DNA of 63,996 bases, the filler included, from Welwitschia mirabilis (taxonomy: Eukaryota): the NCBI GenBank assembly GCA_051453625.1. It is 7 parts of one record of this genome, joined end to end, with 100 filler letters (N's around TTAATTAATTAA, not from the genome) between each part and the next. Parts side by side here need not be neighbours in the genome. Positions count along the whole stretch, not along the records: positions 1 to 19,849 come from JBOZIK010000001.1; positions 19,950 to 41,884 come from JBOZIK010000001.1; 5 more parts are not named here. One strand, 5' to 3'. The notes beneath the pieces are model-generated. The model made no database searches and was not told the DNA's origin. It saw nothing but the letters and a program-made list of their open reading frames with translations. Position 1 is the first letter of the stretch; the number at the start of each line of letters is the position of its first letter. Position numbers and translations under genes: made by a program. Below, one piece after another: positions 11,601 to 24,000 of the stretch.

Positions 11601-14600
11601 TATTTTACACACTCAACATTTTGCTAAACATGCAATTAAATTACTAGCAGCAAATANNNNNNNNNNNNNNNNNNNNNNNNNNNNNNNNNNNNNNNNNNNN
11701 NNNNNNNNNNNNNNNNNNNNNNNNNNNNNNNNNNNNNNNNNNNNNNNNNNNNNNNNNNNNNNNNNNNNNNNNNNNNNNNNNNNNNNNNNNNNNNNNNNNN
11801 NNNNNNNNNNNNNNNNNNNNNNNNNNNNNNNNNNNNNNNNNNNNNNNNNNNNNNNNNNNNNNNNNNNNNNNNNNNNNNNNNNNNNNNNNNNNNNNNNNNN
11901 NNNNNNNNNNNNNNNNNNNNNNNNNNNNNNNNNNNNNNNNNNNNNNNNNNNNNNNNNNNNNNNNNNNNNNNNNNNNNNNNNGTTCTCTACTAGCATAGTC
12001 AATGACACAACTACTGACACTTGTCTCAGTAATCTTTAGCCCTTTAATCAAAAATTTTTTGGCGATGATCAGTGCCTCTCTAAAGCTAAGTTTTTTAATG
12101 CCCTTCAGTAGTTTAAGGATGGAAAAGCTCTAGGCACTGATGGCCTTTCAAGAAAATTCTTCTATAAATTATGGTACATAATTGGAATGGATGCTTATAA
12201 TGTTTACAAAGATGCTCTAGACAATAGATTCCTAGGAACTTATCTCAATACTAGAATAGTTAAACATTTACCTATATTAGGTGACTCGTATAATATTAAT
12301 AATCAAAGATCTATCACTTTTTTGAATGTGATCTATAAAATTATTGCTAAGGAAATGGCCAATAGATTAAAGAAATTCTTCATACTCTCACCAGCAAAGA
12401 GTAAGCTGGTTTTGTTTAAAATATGTACATCTTAAACAATGTACTAGTTGTAGTCGAATCTATGCATTGGATGAACACCTTCTTTCAANNNNNNNNNNNN
12501 NNNNNNNNNNNNNNNNNNNNNNNNNNNNNNNNNNNNNNNNNNNNNNNNNNNNNNNNNNNNNNNNNNNNNNNNNNNNNNNNNNNNNNNNTAGTTGTTGTCG
12601 AATCTATGCATTTGATGAACACCTTCTTTCAATAGGCTATCCTTTTGAAGCTTCATTTTTTTAAAGCCTATGATAGACTCAATTGACATTTTCTTATTAG
12701 AGTTATCCATCATCATCAAGATGGAGAAGCCTTTGAAAACCTTATTTAGATGCTTCTAGTGATGAGTTATCTACATCAATGGTGTCTTCTCTCAACCCAT
12801 ATTCCTTTAGAAATCAGCTTGGCAAGGATGTCCCTTAGCATTATATCTATTTATCATAGCAACAGGTGCTCTTGGAGTTCTTCTTAAGCTCATTATTCTT
12901 CAGGAAATCTTCACGATATTAACCTTTCTAATGGCAATACAGTTCTCTATAGCCAATTTGTAAATAATACCTTTCTCTTAACCAAAGAAATTAAATTGGA
13001 TTTTTAGAAAGCTATAGATACTTTAAAATTTTATTGTCTAGCTTCAGGTTTGCAAATTAACTAGAATAAAACCACTTCCATCCATTCCACTCTTACTAAG
13101 AGGACTACTTGGTCATCCCATTTCAATANNNNNNNNNNNNNNNNNNNNNNNNNNNNNNNNNNNTGAAAATCCCTATAGCTTTATCAGATAATCCATATAA
13201 CATTTGGCAAATGGTTATTGACAAGGTTAAAGATAAAACTCTTAAATGGTTTGAAGAATCCTTGTCCTTATACTATGTCTTTTTTATGACACCTTATATC
13301 TTTGCTTATGATACTATCAATAAAATTCTTCAAGGTTTTCTATGGGAGAACACTTTAAGTAGTAAAGTTTTTAACAGAGTTGCATGAAGTACATATTATC
13401 ATTTTAAACATTTAGGTGGTCTGGGGATTCCTTCCTTATAGCACCAAGGTATTTTTTTAGCTTTTAAATAAATAGTCTAATGTTTGGAAGGTGATAAGGC
13501 TTGGAAGGTTTTATTTAGATATTATTTTTCTAATGACAATATGTATTCCAATCATTTATGATAAGGTATTCACTAGAGTAATGCTATCTTTCATTATGGT
13601 AATTTCAAAGGTGAAGGCTCTTATGTTTTCTATCAAATGTTAAAGTTTTGGCACAAACTCAAAAGTTTTCTTTTTTAACAACTAATAAATTTAAGTTACA
13701 ACCAGCTAGCCACTCATTCTTCTTGGTGGTCTTTAGCCTTAAAAATTGCAAATAGCCCTTTAGCTTATTAGTTTCTTATCAGATTTCAAAGATTAGCTAA
13801 AGTAGGGCTTCTCCACCTAGGCCAATTTGTAGTGTAGCAGAAAATCATATTAGAATCAAATGGTCTTAATACAAATCCAAATGAAAGGTTTAAAATTTGG
13901 ATCTTCCCATAGAGAACATGGTTAGAATTAAGTGGAATCATAGTAACAAGAACTTGTGGGATGATTATCTCTGGCTCGATAATAATCATATTACCAAGAT
14001 GTCTCTTTCTAAAGCCTACATGTGGTTTTAAGACTTCGATTGTCTCATAAAAAATTGGAACTCCAAATGGCATTTGACTAAATGAAAGATAAATGGGAAA
14101 AAAATTTTCAAATAAGTTTGAAAGATTAAAGTTCATCCTAAAACTAAAGTCCTCTTCTGGTGCCTTATTCATCAAGATCTTCTTATTGATTATCGTATTA
14201 AACATTTGGGAGTTGTTCATCTTTTGTGCCCTATACGTAAAGCTCCAAAAACCTTCTAACATATTTTATAATAAAAATAGGTATTGCACCAAGTTTTCTT
14301 CAGTATTTTAATTCCATTTTACTTCAAAATAATCCAAACACCTTTTCTAAACATGGATAAAACATCCTTATCCTAGATTATGTACACTTTATTTAGAAAA
14401 CTTTATGCAATGCTTGGTTTAGTAATGATTCCTTTCAACGCTCCTCCTTAGATACCAAATTCTTAATTCTAAAAGTAGTTCTCCTTCAATATGAAGCTTT
14501 TAATGCTTTCTATCTTTCAGTTTTCATTTGTATCTATGTTTTAGTAACTATCCCAAGGGGTGCAATTACTTTATATCCTTCTTTAGGCTCTATTAAGGTG

Positions 14601-14884
14601 TAATCTTCTATTTTAGCTATTCTCCACCTTAACAACCCCTCCCAAAATAGAATCAAAATGCTCTAAAGAAATTGCTCTATAAAATTGGAATTTGCTTTGA
14701 ATAATAGTGAGAGACTCAATGGTGGATGAAGCCTCTATAAGACTATGATATTTAGGTATAAAAAGTTTTATAGATTGCTTTCTTTTTATTGTCTTTTTTA
14801 AATATAGATTTCAAAGTTATGGTCATCATATAAACGTAGTTGTTTACTTTCTCATTTATTTAACAAATGATTTTAATAGCATTA
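8700..14884 (+). mobile_element. Decayed L1-clade LINE (copy B), same family as copy A, including 3' tail
   Basis: ORF1 homologous to copy A from ~8945 (NNCIIVDLEFP). Endonuclease VGLVNIYAP (~10432). RT GKALGTDG (12121), RSITFLNVIYKIIAK, KAYDRL, QGCPLA (~12825), LGGLGIP (~13412). zf-RVT region ~14210. 3' end shared with 36576-36854; 5' limit approximate. Confidence 0.88.
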
Positions 14885-16845
14885 CTTCCCATAGGTAAGT
14901 GTGATATTTTCACATAGAGAGCTAAGGATGTTAAGTTATATGAATTTGCAAAGCATCTTTTAAGATACAAAGATGGAAGATTTACTCATCATCCAAGATT
15001 TCAGTAAGTACTTCCTCATTTGTTTTATTCTTTAATGATAGAACAAATTTTAAATCCTTCAAAAATTATTTTCCATTTTAGGTGTTATATTTTCAACATG
15101 ATTATGAAACACAAAGCACTTAGGTCTATAATAGTGTTTTTCAAAAAGAACATAGCCAATGTGATAATCACAATAGAGGGACTACATGAAGAAATGAACA
15201 ATTGTCCATCAACAGAAATAATAAATAACTTAATGAGATATGAAATCTCTTTAAAAGATGCACCTTCTTACTAGAAAAAAAGAAAATGTAAGCTATTAAA
15301 TATGATTACCAGCTTAGAATTCCTACAATATTCTTCACTTTAAGTGTTGTAGATTTATATTGGCCTAATCTAGATGATATCATGTGTAGTGAACAACCAT
15401 ATCATCCACCTAAAGCTAGACGATGGTGATTCAAAACATCATTAAAAACTCAGACATTATCTTATAGTATATGTACAATTATTAAAAAAAATTTAAAGAG
15501 GTAATTCTAATAAAGGAATTTAACGTTGTAAACTATTGGAATAATTTTAATGGTAAAATAAAAGTTCTTTGCATGTACATGAATTTCTATGGATAAAATA
15601 AGCTTCTAACATGTAATAACTTAATTAGAATGATGATACAGCAACAACAAATGCTAAGAAATTTTTTAATTCCATTGTTCATGCATGGAATGATAGATTT
15701 GATGAGTGATTATAGAACATTATTAAGAATCCACATTGTCTTAGAGTACATCTACAAAGATCATAAAAAATTCAAANNNNNNNNNNNNNNNNNNNNNNNN
15801 NNNNNNNNNNNNNNNNNNNNNNNNNNNNNNNNNNNNNNNNNNNNNNNNNNNNNNNNNNNNNNNNNNNNNNNNNNNNAACGATAGAACAAATTTTAAATCC
15901 TTTAAAAATTATTTTCCATTTTAGGTGTTATATTTTCAACATGATTATGAAACACAAAGCACTTGGGTCTATAATAGTGTTTTTCAAAAAGAACATAGCC
16001 GATGTGATAATCACAATAGAGGGACTACATGAAAAAATGAACGATTATCCATCAACAGAAATAATAACTAACTTAATGAGATATGAAATCTCTTTAAAAA
16101 ATGCACCTTCTTACTAAAAAAAAAAAAGAAAATGTAAGCTATTAAATATGATTACCAGCTTAGAATTCCTACACTATTCTTCACTTTAAGTGTTGCAGAT
16201 TTATATTAGCCTAATCTAGATGATATCATGTGCAGTGAAAAACCATATCATCCACCTAAAGCTAGACGATGGTGATTCAAAACATCATTAAAAAACCAGA
16301 CATTATCTTATAGTAATGTACAATTATCGAAAAAAATTTAAAGAGGTAAGTCTAATAAAGGAATTTAACGTTGTAAACTATTGGACATAATTTGAATGGT
16401 AAAATAAAAGTTCTTCACATGTACATGGATTTATATGGATAAAAGAAGCTTCTAACATGTAACAACTTAATTAGAATGATGATACAGCAACAACAAATGC
16501 AAAGAAATTTTTTAATTCCATTGTGCATGCATGGAATGATAGATTTGATGAGTGATTATAGAACATTATTAAGAATCCACATTGTCTCAGAGTACATCTA
16601 CAAAGATAATAAAAAATTCAAAGAAATAATTCTAATAAAGGAAGTTAATGTTGTAAACTATTAGACGCGATTTGATGGCAAAATAAAAGTTCTCCCCATG
16701 TACATGAATTTATATGGATAAAAGAAGCTTCTAACATGGAACAACTTAATTAGAGTGATGACACAGTAGTGACAAATGCTAAGAAATTTTTTAATTCCAT
16801 TTTACATGCATGGAATGATAAATTTGATAAGTGTGGTAGACTTAA
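14881..16845 (+). mobile_element. Helitron-like (Helitron2/Helentron-type) Rep domain remnant with a 78-nt intron at 15004-15081; partly duplicated
   Basis: Spliced translation LLPIGKCD...KHLLRYKDGRFTHHPRFQ/CYIFNMIMKHKAL...LMRYEISLKDAPSY*. Rep motif I PTIFFTLSVVDLYWPNL (15322-15372). HUH motif consensus YWTRFEWQNKSSPHVHGFIW (16380-16440 and 16659-16720). Intron GTAAGT...TTTTAG keeps the frame. Confidence 0.8.
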
Positions 16846-19800
16846 TGCTATAAGTAAAAGCTGTATCTTCTTTATTACATTTTTAGTTAATTACATTGAT
16901 TTAGTTTTTATAATGATTTTTACTTCTATAGGCACCAAGAAGAAACTCTATATAATAACTTTAAGTACATAAAGATTATTTGTTTAAATAACGTCTTTAA
17001 TAAAAATGAATACAAGTTCATAAGGATCTTACTAATTAAAGTAATTATGACTAATGAAATTGATAAGTGACCAAAATATTACTGATTTATCTATGTTACA
17101 TGGCTATATTATTATTGGTCACCATCATTGTAATAGTTAAATGTCTATATTTTNNNNNNNNNNNNNNNNNNNNNNNNNNNNNNNNNNNNNNNNNNNNNNN
17201 NNNNNNNNNNNNNNNNNNNNNNNNNNNNNNNNNNNNNNNNNNNNNNNNNNNNNACTAATGAAATTGATAAGTGATCAAAATATTACTGATTTATCTATGT
17301 TACATGGCTATATTATTATTGGTCACCATGATTGTAATAGTTAAATGTCTATATTATTTTTTATAAGCTTTGTTCTAATAAAGTGAAATATGAGCTCTAT
17401 ATAAAATTTATGAGCACTTCCTTACCTACATTAATATCTTTTTCTTATTTATGAATTTTTACATGTTAATATAAAAAAAAAAGATATCATTACATACTGA
17501 AATCATTTCCAATTTTTTTTACATAAAGATTATATGTTTAAATAGCATGTTTAGTAGAAATGAATACAAATAATAAGTAAAATATTTTCATAAGGGCCTT
17601 ACTAATTAAATCAAGTATGACTAATGAAATTGATTCTATAAGAGACTTAATGAATAATGCACTTATAACTACTATTAATCAATGGGAGTTGATCATGAGC
17701 TTAAGTATATATTACATACATATATATATATATATATAAAATTTTGCTAAGATATATCAATCTCTAACACATTTTGGAAAAGGATACAAGCATTAACTTA
17801 AACACATTTTTGCCTAGACATTCATGTTGACTATAACCACACTCAAATTTGACTTTACCTAAAGTTAACATTTATTGTTATTATTTAGTTAACGTTGACC
17901 ATTCATCAAAAGTTAATGCCTCGTTCTTGATCAATATCTGCCTATCCATTATTAATAGATGTATAATATATCTCTAAGCTAGTTAAGTATCAATTACAAT
18001 GCTGATGACATGCTATGAAGTGCCTTGATTGAACATACAAGTCTCAAAATTGCCCATGAAATTTCACTAAACATTCACTTACTTTTGTACATCCCTTGTC
18101 AAATCAGCATCCTCTGTTATTAAACATCACACACTAACAGAATGGCTTATTTGAAGGAAATTGACTATTATATGGCCTATTCCTCAATTACTGAGATGGG
18201 TCATATCAATTACAAATGTCATGATAGTGTGGCTACTTAAATGGCTATAATAAATGGTCATTAAGTGAAAGAATAACCCACCATTATGTTTTACAATGTT
18301 AAGTAATATTTTTCATTATGTTTAATTAAATAGTAACACTAAGGAATTGTAGTTCAAATGGTTTAGTTATAATGATAAAGATGAGAGGTTGTGGTTCACT
18401 TCTTAGTAAGTGAAAAAATAAAAAATACTCTTAATCTTTAAATTATTTAAGTTATAATGATAAGGATGGGAGGTTGCACATTTAAATCTTAGCAAATAAA
18501 AAAATGAAAAATAAAAAATGTTAATTAATTTTTTTTCATTTAGAAATTTATGGTTAAAAANNNNNNNNNNNNNNNNNNNNNNNNNNNNNNNNNNNNNNNN
18601 NNNNNNNNNNNNNNNNNNNNNNNNNNNNNNNNNNNNNNNNNNNNNNNNNNNNNNNNNNNNAATTAAATTTTTTTCATTTAGAAATTTATGGTTAAAAATA
18701 TTTTAAAATAATTTAAAAATAAAAATATTCTTATCTTCTCGAAATAAAAAAGTTATTAAATATTAAAACATAATTAATTTTAAAATTTACTAATAAAAAT
18801 CTTTATAATAAGAAACAACATATAATTGTATGCTTTAACCTTTAACCTTTGAAAAGGAAATCTATATCATTTTAAAAAGAAATATATACTTTAATATTAA
18901 AAATATGTTTTTGTTAAGCAAGTTTGTGAATCCTTTTAAATTCTTTTAGTAATAATAATTAAAATATTTTTATTATTGCTTTTTATTTGGATAAAGAAGC
19001 AATTATTTAATTTGAAAGATTGCATATTAGAATAATTTTTATTATTACTTTATGTCTAGATAGAGGAGTAGCTATTTAATTTGGATGATTGCATACTAGA
19101 AGTGTATATGATGTTTTTCAAATTTATTAATAATGGTTATGATGTTTCGTGACAATCATCAGGGTTAACCTAGCCATATCAATAATTACATGACATATAT
19201 ACATTTACAAATAACATGACCCACATCATTTAAATAAGAAATAAGAATCACTATAGCCAACCAAGCCCCTAACATACATGTCATCCCTGCTACAACAACT
19301 CTACTATGTGCCTTTTCACTATTTCTCTATCACACATGTCACCTACCCAAGTCCTTTAAGTGAACTCATTTTTGGAACCTTTGACCTTAAATACCTTTTG
19401 GTTTGCATTCACCTCTTCGTGGTACCTATGCATAATTAAAGCTTTGCTATAATGTTGTACTTCTGCATTATCTGCATTAGAATCCTCACAAGTAAAGCAA
19501 AGCACCGAGGCTTTTTGATGTCACATGTATTCTATGGCCATTCATTTAAATTTTTTGAGTTTTGAAGTATCAAGANNNNGCTATGCATGCTGTGAATAAC
19601 CTGTAGTGTTCCTACTACATTTGCTTTTTTGTTAAGATTTTTAGGTCTTACTACTACTAGCTTAGATATTATATGTATATATGTATAGGTATATAAGTTG
19701 GCTGAGATCTATTAATTTCTGCCACCTTTTGGATGAGAGTGCAAGCATTAAACATTAAGATTTATAAGAAACAAATTCAACTTTATTTTTACCTAAAGTT

Positions 19801-19893
19801 AATGTTGATTTTTGACTTGTAATCAATGTTAAACATTAACCAAAAGTTANNNNNNNNNNNNNNNNNNNNNNNNNNNNNNNNNNNNNNNNNNNN

Positions 19894-19905
19894 TTAATTA
19901 ATTAA
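19894..19905. other. Synthetic contig linker TTAATTAATTAA (44 N each side)
   Basis: Six-frame stop palindrome centred in a 100-nt block of 44N+12+44N. Confidence 0.97.
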
Positions 19906-19989
19906 NNNNNNNNNNNNNNNNNNNNNNNNNNNNNNNNNNNNNNNNNNNNCAAAATGTAGCTTTATTTACCCTTATTCTTCATTAAAAGT

Positions 19990-21050
19990 AATGTCTTAAA
20001 GCATATGAAAGACATTAACATCTTTATTATCACTAATATCATCTAAAACATGCAAATCTATCTCAACATCTTGATAGAAAGGATCATTCTCCTTCTTAAA
20101 CCATAAAGCATGATAAACTCACAGCTTATTTACTACAAAATTATATCTATTGCTAATTTGATCTTTTCTCTTTAAAGTAAGAATTGATATTTGTGTAATT
20201 TTATAAGGCAAAACCTTAGCAATATGGAAGACATCTTATGAAAATCTTATTGTGTGCCCTCGATATACCAATTGACCATAAATTACATGTGTTACTTGAA
20301 GCAATAGATTTACCCTTGAAATAAGCATCTCTTCAAACTATGTAAGATGAGATAAAACAAATGGCTAAGGCCTTAGATCCATGTCATTCAGAGTAGAGAA
20401 ATGTTTAACTTATTCTTCATTAATTGTAATGCCTTTCNNNNNNNNNNNNNNNNNNNNNNNNNNNNNNNNNNNNNNNNNNNNNNNNNNNNNNNNNNNNNNN
20501 NNNNNNNNNNNNNNNNNNNNNNNNNNNNNNNNNNNNNTTTAAGTAAGAATTGATATTTGTGTAATTTCATAAGGCAAAACCTTAGCAATATGGAAGACAT
20601 CTTATGAAAAGCATATTGTGTACCCTCGATATACCAATTGACCACTAATTACATGTGTTACTTGAAGCAATATATTTAGCCTTGAAATAAGAATCTCTTC
20701 AAACTGTGTAAGATGAGATAAAACAAATGGCTAAGGCCTTAGATCCATGTCATTCAGAGTAGAGAAATGTTTAACTTCTTCTTCATCAATTGTAATGCCT
20801 TTCTTTTTCTTATATTGAAACCGTCTATACGTAGGGTCATGTCTATCTTGAACTAATTCTATAGACTNNNNNNNNNNNNNNNNNNNNNNNNNNNNNNNNN
20901 NNNNNNNNNNNNNNNNNNNNNNNNNNNNNNNNNNNNNNNNNNNNNNNNNNNNNNNNNNNNNNNNNNNTACAAATTGTGCATGATCTTAGCTATGTAAATA
21001 CTCATATCTCTCTCCAAAATGTCTTAATTCCTTTAAATATATCAACATTA
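19990..21050 (-). mobile_element. Helitron-like N-terminal (DUF6570-like) remnant
   Basis: Minus strand VKHFSTLNDMDLRP*PFVLSHLT*FEEMLISRVNLLLQVTHVIYGQLVYRGHTIRFS*DVFHIAKVLP, then RVYHALWFKKENDPFYQDVEID-like sequence. This matches the FS..NNMDPG..P..L..LT..EEMLIAR...GQ..Y.GH...FPQD pattern found upstream of Rep in Helitron-like proteins. Partly duplicated across the 20438-20537 gap. Confidence 0.7.
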
Positions 21051-24000
21051 TATTTATGTAAGTTAGGACACAGATCCAATGGTTGCTGAATAGTTCTTGT
21101 AGAGAAGATGAGATTTAAGTTTAATATTATCGCATTACTCTACCTTTTTCATCGTTCTCTTCATAAGCGTGATTGTTGAGCATAATAAACATTCTCTTTC
21201 ATCATTTCTTTCTATCACCTTATGTATTATTATCTTCTTATTAATAATAAAGGACTCTGTATGGTAAACANNNNNNNNNNNNNNNNNNNNNNNNNNNNNN
21301 NNNNNNNNNNNNNNNNNNNNNNNNNNNNNNNNNNNNNNNNNNNNNNNNNNNNNNNNNNNNNNNNNNNNNNAATAATAAAGGACTCTGTATGGTAAACATG
21401 TAACTTGTAGGTGTTATATAATTGTTTACTGATTGATCATTGACTTCTATTAATGAGGTAATGTCCATAGGCATGTCTTCCATTTGTTGATTTAGCTCCT
21501 ACACTGTATGATCATTTAAGTATTTTACTATAATAGCAGATGATGTAGTACTATGTGGAGGATCTATGTTATTCATAGTTTTCATAAAGAATAAATTAAT
21601 TTAGTTACAAATGTAGCACTGATAAAATAGTAAAACTNNNNNNNNNNNNNNNNNNNNNNNNNNNNNNNNNNNNNNNNNNNNNNNNNNNNNNNNNNNNNNN
21701 NNNNNNNNNNNNNNNNNNNNNNNNNNNNNNNNNNNNNNNNNNNNNNNNNNNNNNNNNNNNNNNNNNNNNNNNNNNNNNNNNNNNNNNNNNNNNNNNNNNN
21801 NNNNNNNNNNNNNNNNNNNNNNNNNNNNNNNNNNNNNNNNNNNNNNNNNNNNNNNNNNNNNNNNNNNNNNNNNNNNNNNNNNNNNNNNNNNNNNNNNNNN
21901 NNNNNNNNNNNNNNNNNNNNNNNNNNNNNNNNNNNNNNNNNNNNNNNNNNNNNNNNNNNNNNNNNNNNNNNNNNNNNNNNNNNNNNNNNNNNNNNNNNNN
22001 NNNNNNNNNNNNNNNNNNNNNNNNNNNNNNNNNNNNNNNNNNNNNNNNNNNNNNNNNNNNNNNNNNNNNNNNNNNNNNNNNNNNNNNNNNNNNNNNNNNN
22101 NNNNNNNNNNNNNNNNNNNGTAATTTTCTTATGAAATGTTTACCTCTCACGATATCTTCTTTGCCTTTCATGATTTAGAGCTTCTTAACATTCAATTGTA
22201 GAATCTATTCTGGAGAAATAAAAGTTAATATAAAATTTACATTTAAAAAATGAATGTAATTGAAATTAAAGGATGACCTAAATATTAAAATGACTTTAAA
22301 AACTTATGTAAAAAATAATAAATGATATAATCTAACAAACTCTACTACATGAAAATTTAATTCTAAAATACTTGTTTAATAAAATTTATAAATCAGAAAA
22401 AAAATTTATACATAAACTTACTTTTTGAAGAATGGTAAATGTAAAATCTTGATTAAATAAATAAGCTAACTAAGAAGAAAACGAAATGTAAAAGAACCAT
22501 AAATTTAAAAAATAAAATCGATTTTGGAATCCTAAAGTCCAAAAAATATGATTTAAAAAGATATTAATTTTTAAAAAATCCATATTTAAGAATACCTAAT
22601 TTAAGAATATGGCCTTCTTAGAAGGACTAAATGTGGTCCCATTAAGTTAGGTTTTCCATTTAAATTTAGCTTATATATTTTTAAATAACAATTTTATTTC
22701 ATTAAATAGTAATAATAAACTTTCAAAAAGTTAACAATGTACATGAAACTTAATGTTAAAAACTATTTATTCAAGAAATATGCTTCAAAATATATAAACA
22801 TAATTTACACAAAATTAATATATAAATTCCAAATAAGAAAAACAAATGACAAATTTAAAGTTTGAATAATTCATTTAATAGAGCTCTGTCTTTGATGCTC
22901 ATAATAACAATCTTTCGAGTTCTTTACCACTACCATTTACTCCAATTTCTAGCCTTTAGTACTTTGACCTCGGTGGAAACTTCTTTGTTAATAATATTCT
23001 AGAGTATTACAACAATATTATGAGTCTTTAATACCTCAGCTATCATGGAAACAGCCTTAGATAAAACTTTTTATATGACTTTTCTGTGATTGAAAAAGGA
23101 GAGAAACAATTCAAGAAATCTTAAAAAAAATTAGAAGGATAAATAGATGATTTTGGTAGGGCTTTATTATCCATTGAAATCTTCTTTTAGCATTTGTTTC
23201 TTAGGAGCCTATGCAAATAACTAATACGTGATTAAATTTTTCAAGGAAAAAAATATTTTGAACATTTAAAGAAAAGAGCNNNNNNNNNNNNNNNNNNNNN
23301 NNNNNNNNNNNNNNNNNNNNNNNNNNNNNNNNNNNNNNNNNNNNNNNNNNNNNNNNNNNNNNNNNNNNNNNNNNNNNNNTTTTATATTACTTTTCTGTGA
23401 TTTAAAAAGGAGAGAAACAATTCAATAAATATTAAAAAAAAAATTAGGAGGATAAATAGATGATTTTGGTGGGGCTTTATTATCCATTGAAATCTTCTTT
23501 TAGCATTTGTTTCTTAAGAGTCTATGCAAATAACTACTATGTGATTAAATTTTTCAAGGAAAAAAAATATTTTGAACATTTAAAGAAAAGAGCTATGTTT
23601 CTTATGTAAGCAAGAAAATAAAGAGCTATATTTTTATTTACTACCAAAGAATTTAAAATAAACTATCAAGAATATTCTTGCTAAATTTTCTTTGTAATTG
23701 TATATGTAAATAAATGATATGCAATTAGCTTTTTTAAGGGGAAAAATATATTTTAAACTTTTAAAGCAAAGAGATACATTTTTATATAAGCAAGAAAAGA
23801 AAGAGGTATGTTTATATCAACCACCAAAAAAATATAAATGAACATTCAAGAAAGATAATAAATATTAAGCAATCTTTAAAAATTTCCATACCTGAGTATT
23901 ATAGCCTTGGAGAAGCTTCATCAACCATCAAGCTATTTCTCTAGAGTGTTTTGATAGAGTGATTTCTTTAGAGTGTTTTAGTTGTGTTTTAATTGAGCGA

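Noticed and set aside
15630..16664. MMIQQQQM... ORFs as small polyQ proteins
   Set aside because: They are partly off-frame readings of the duplicated Helitron-like Rep remnant.
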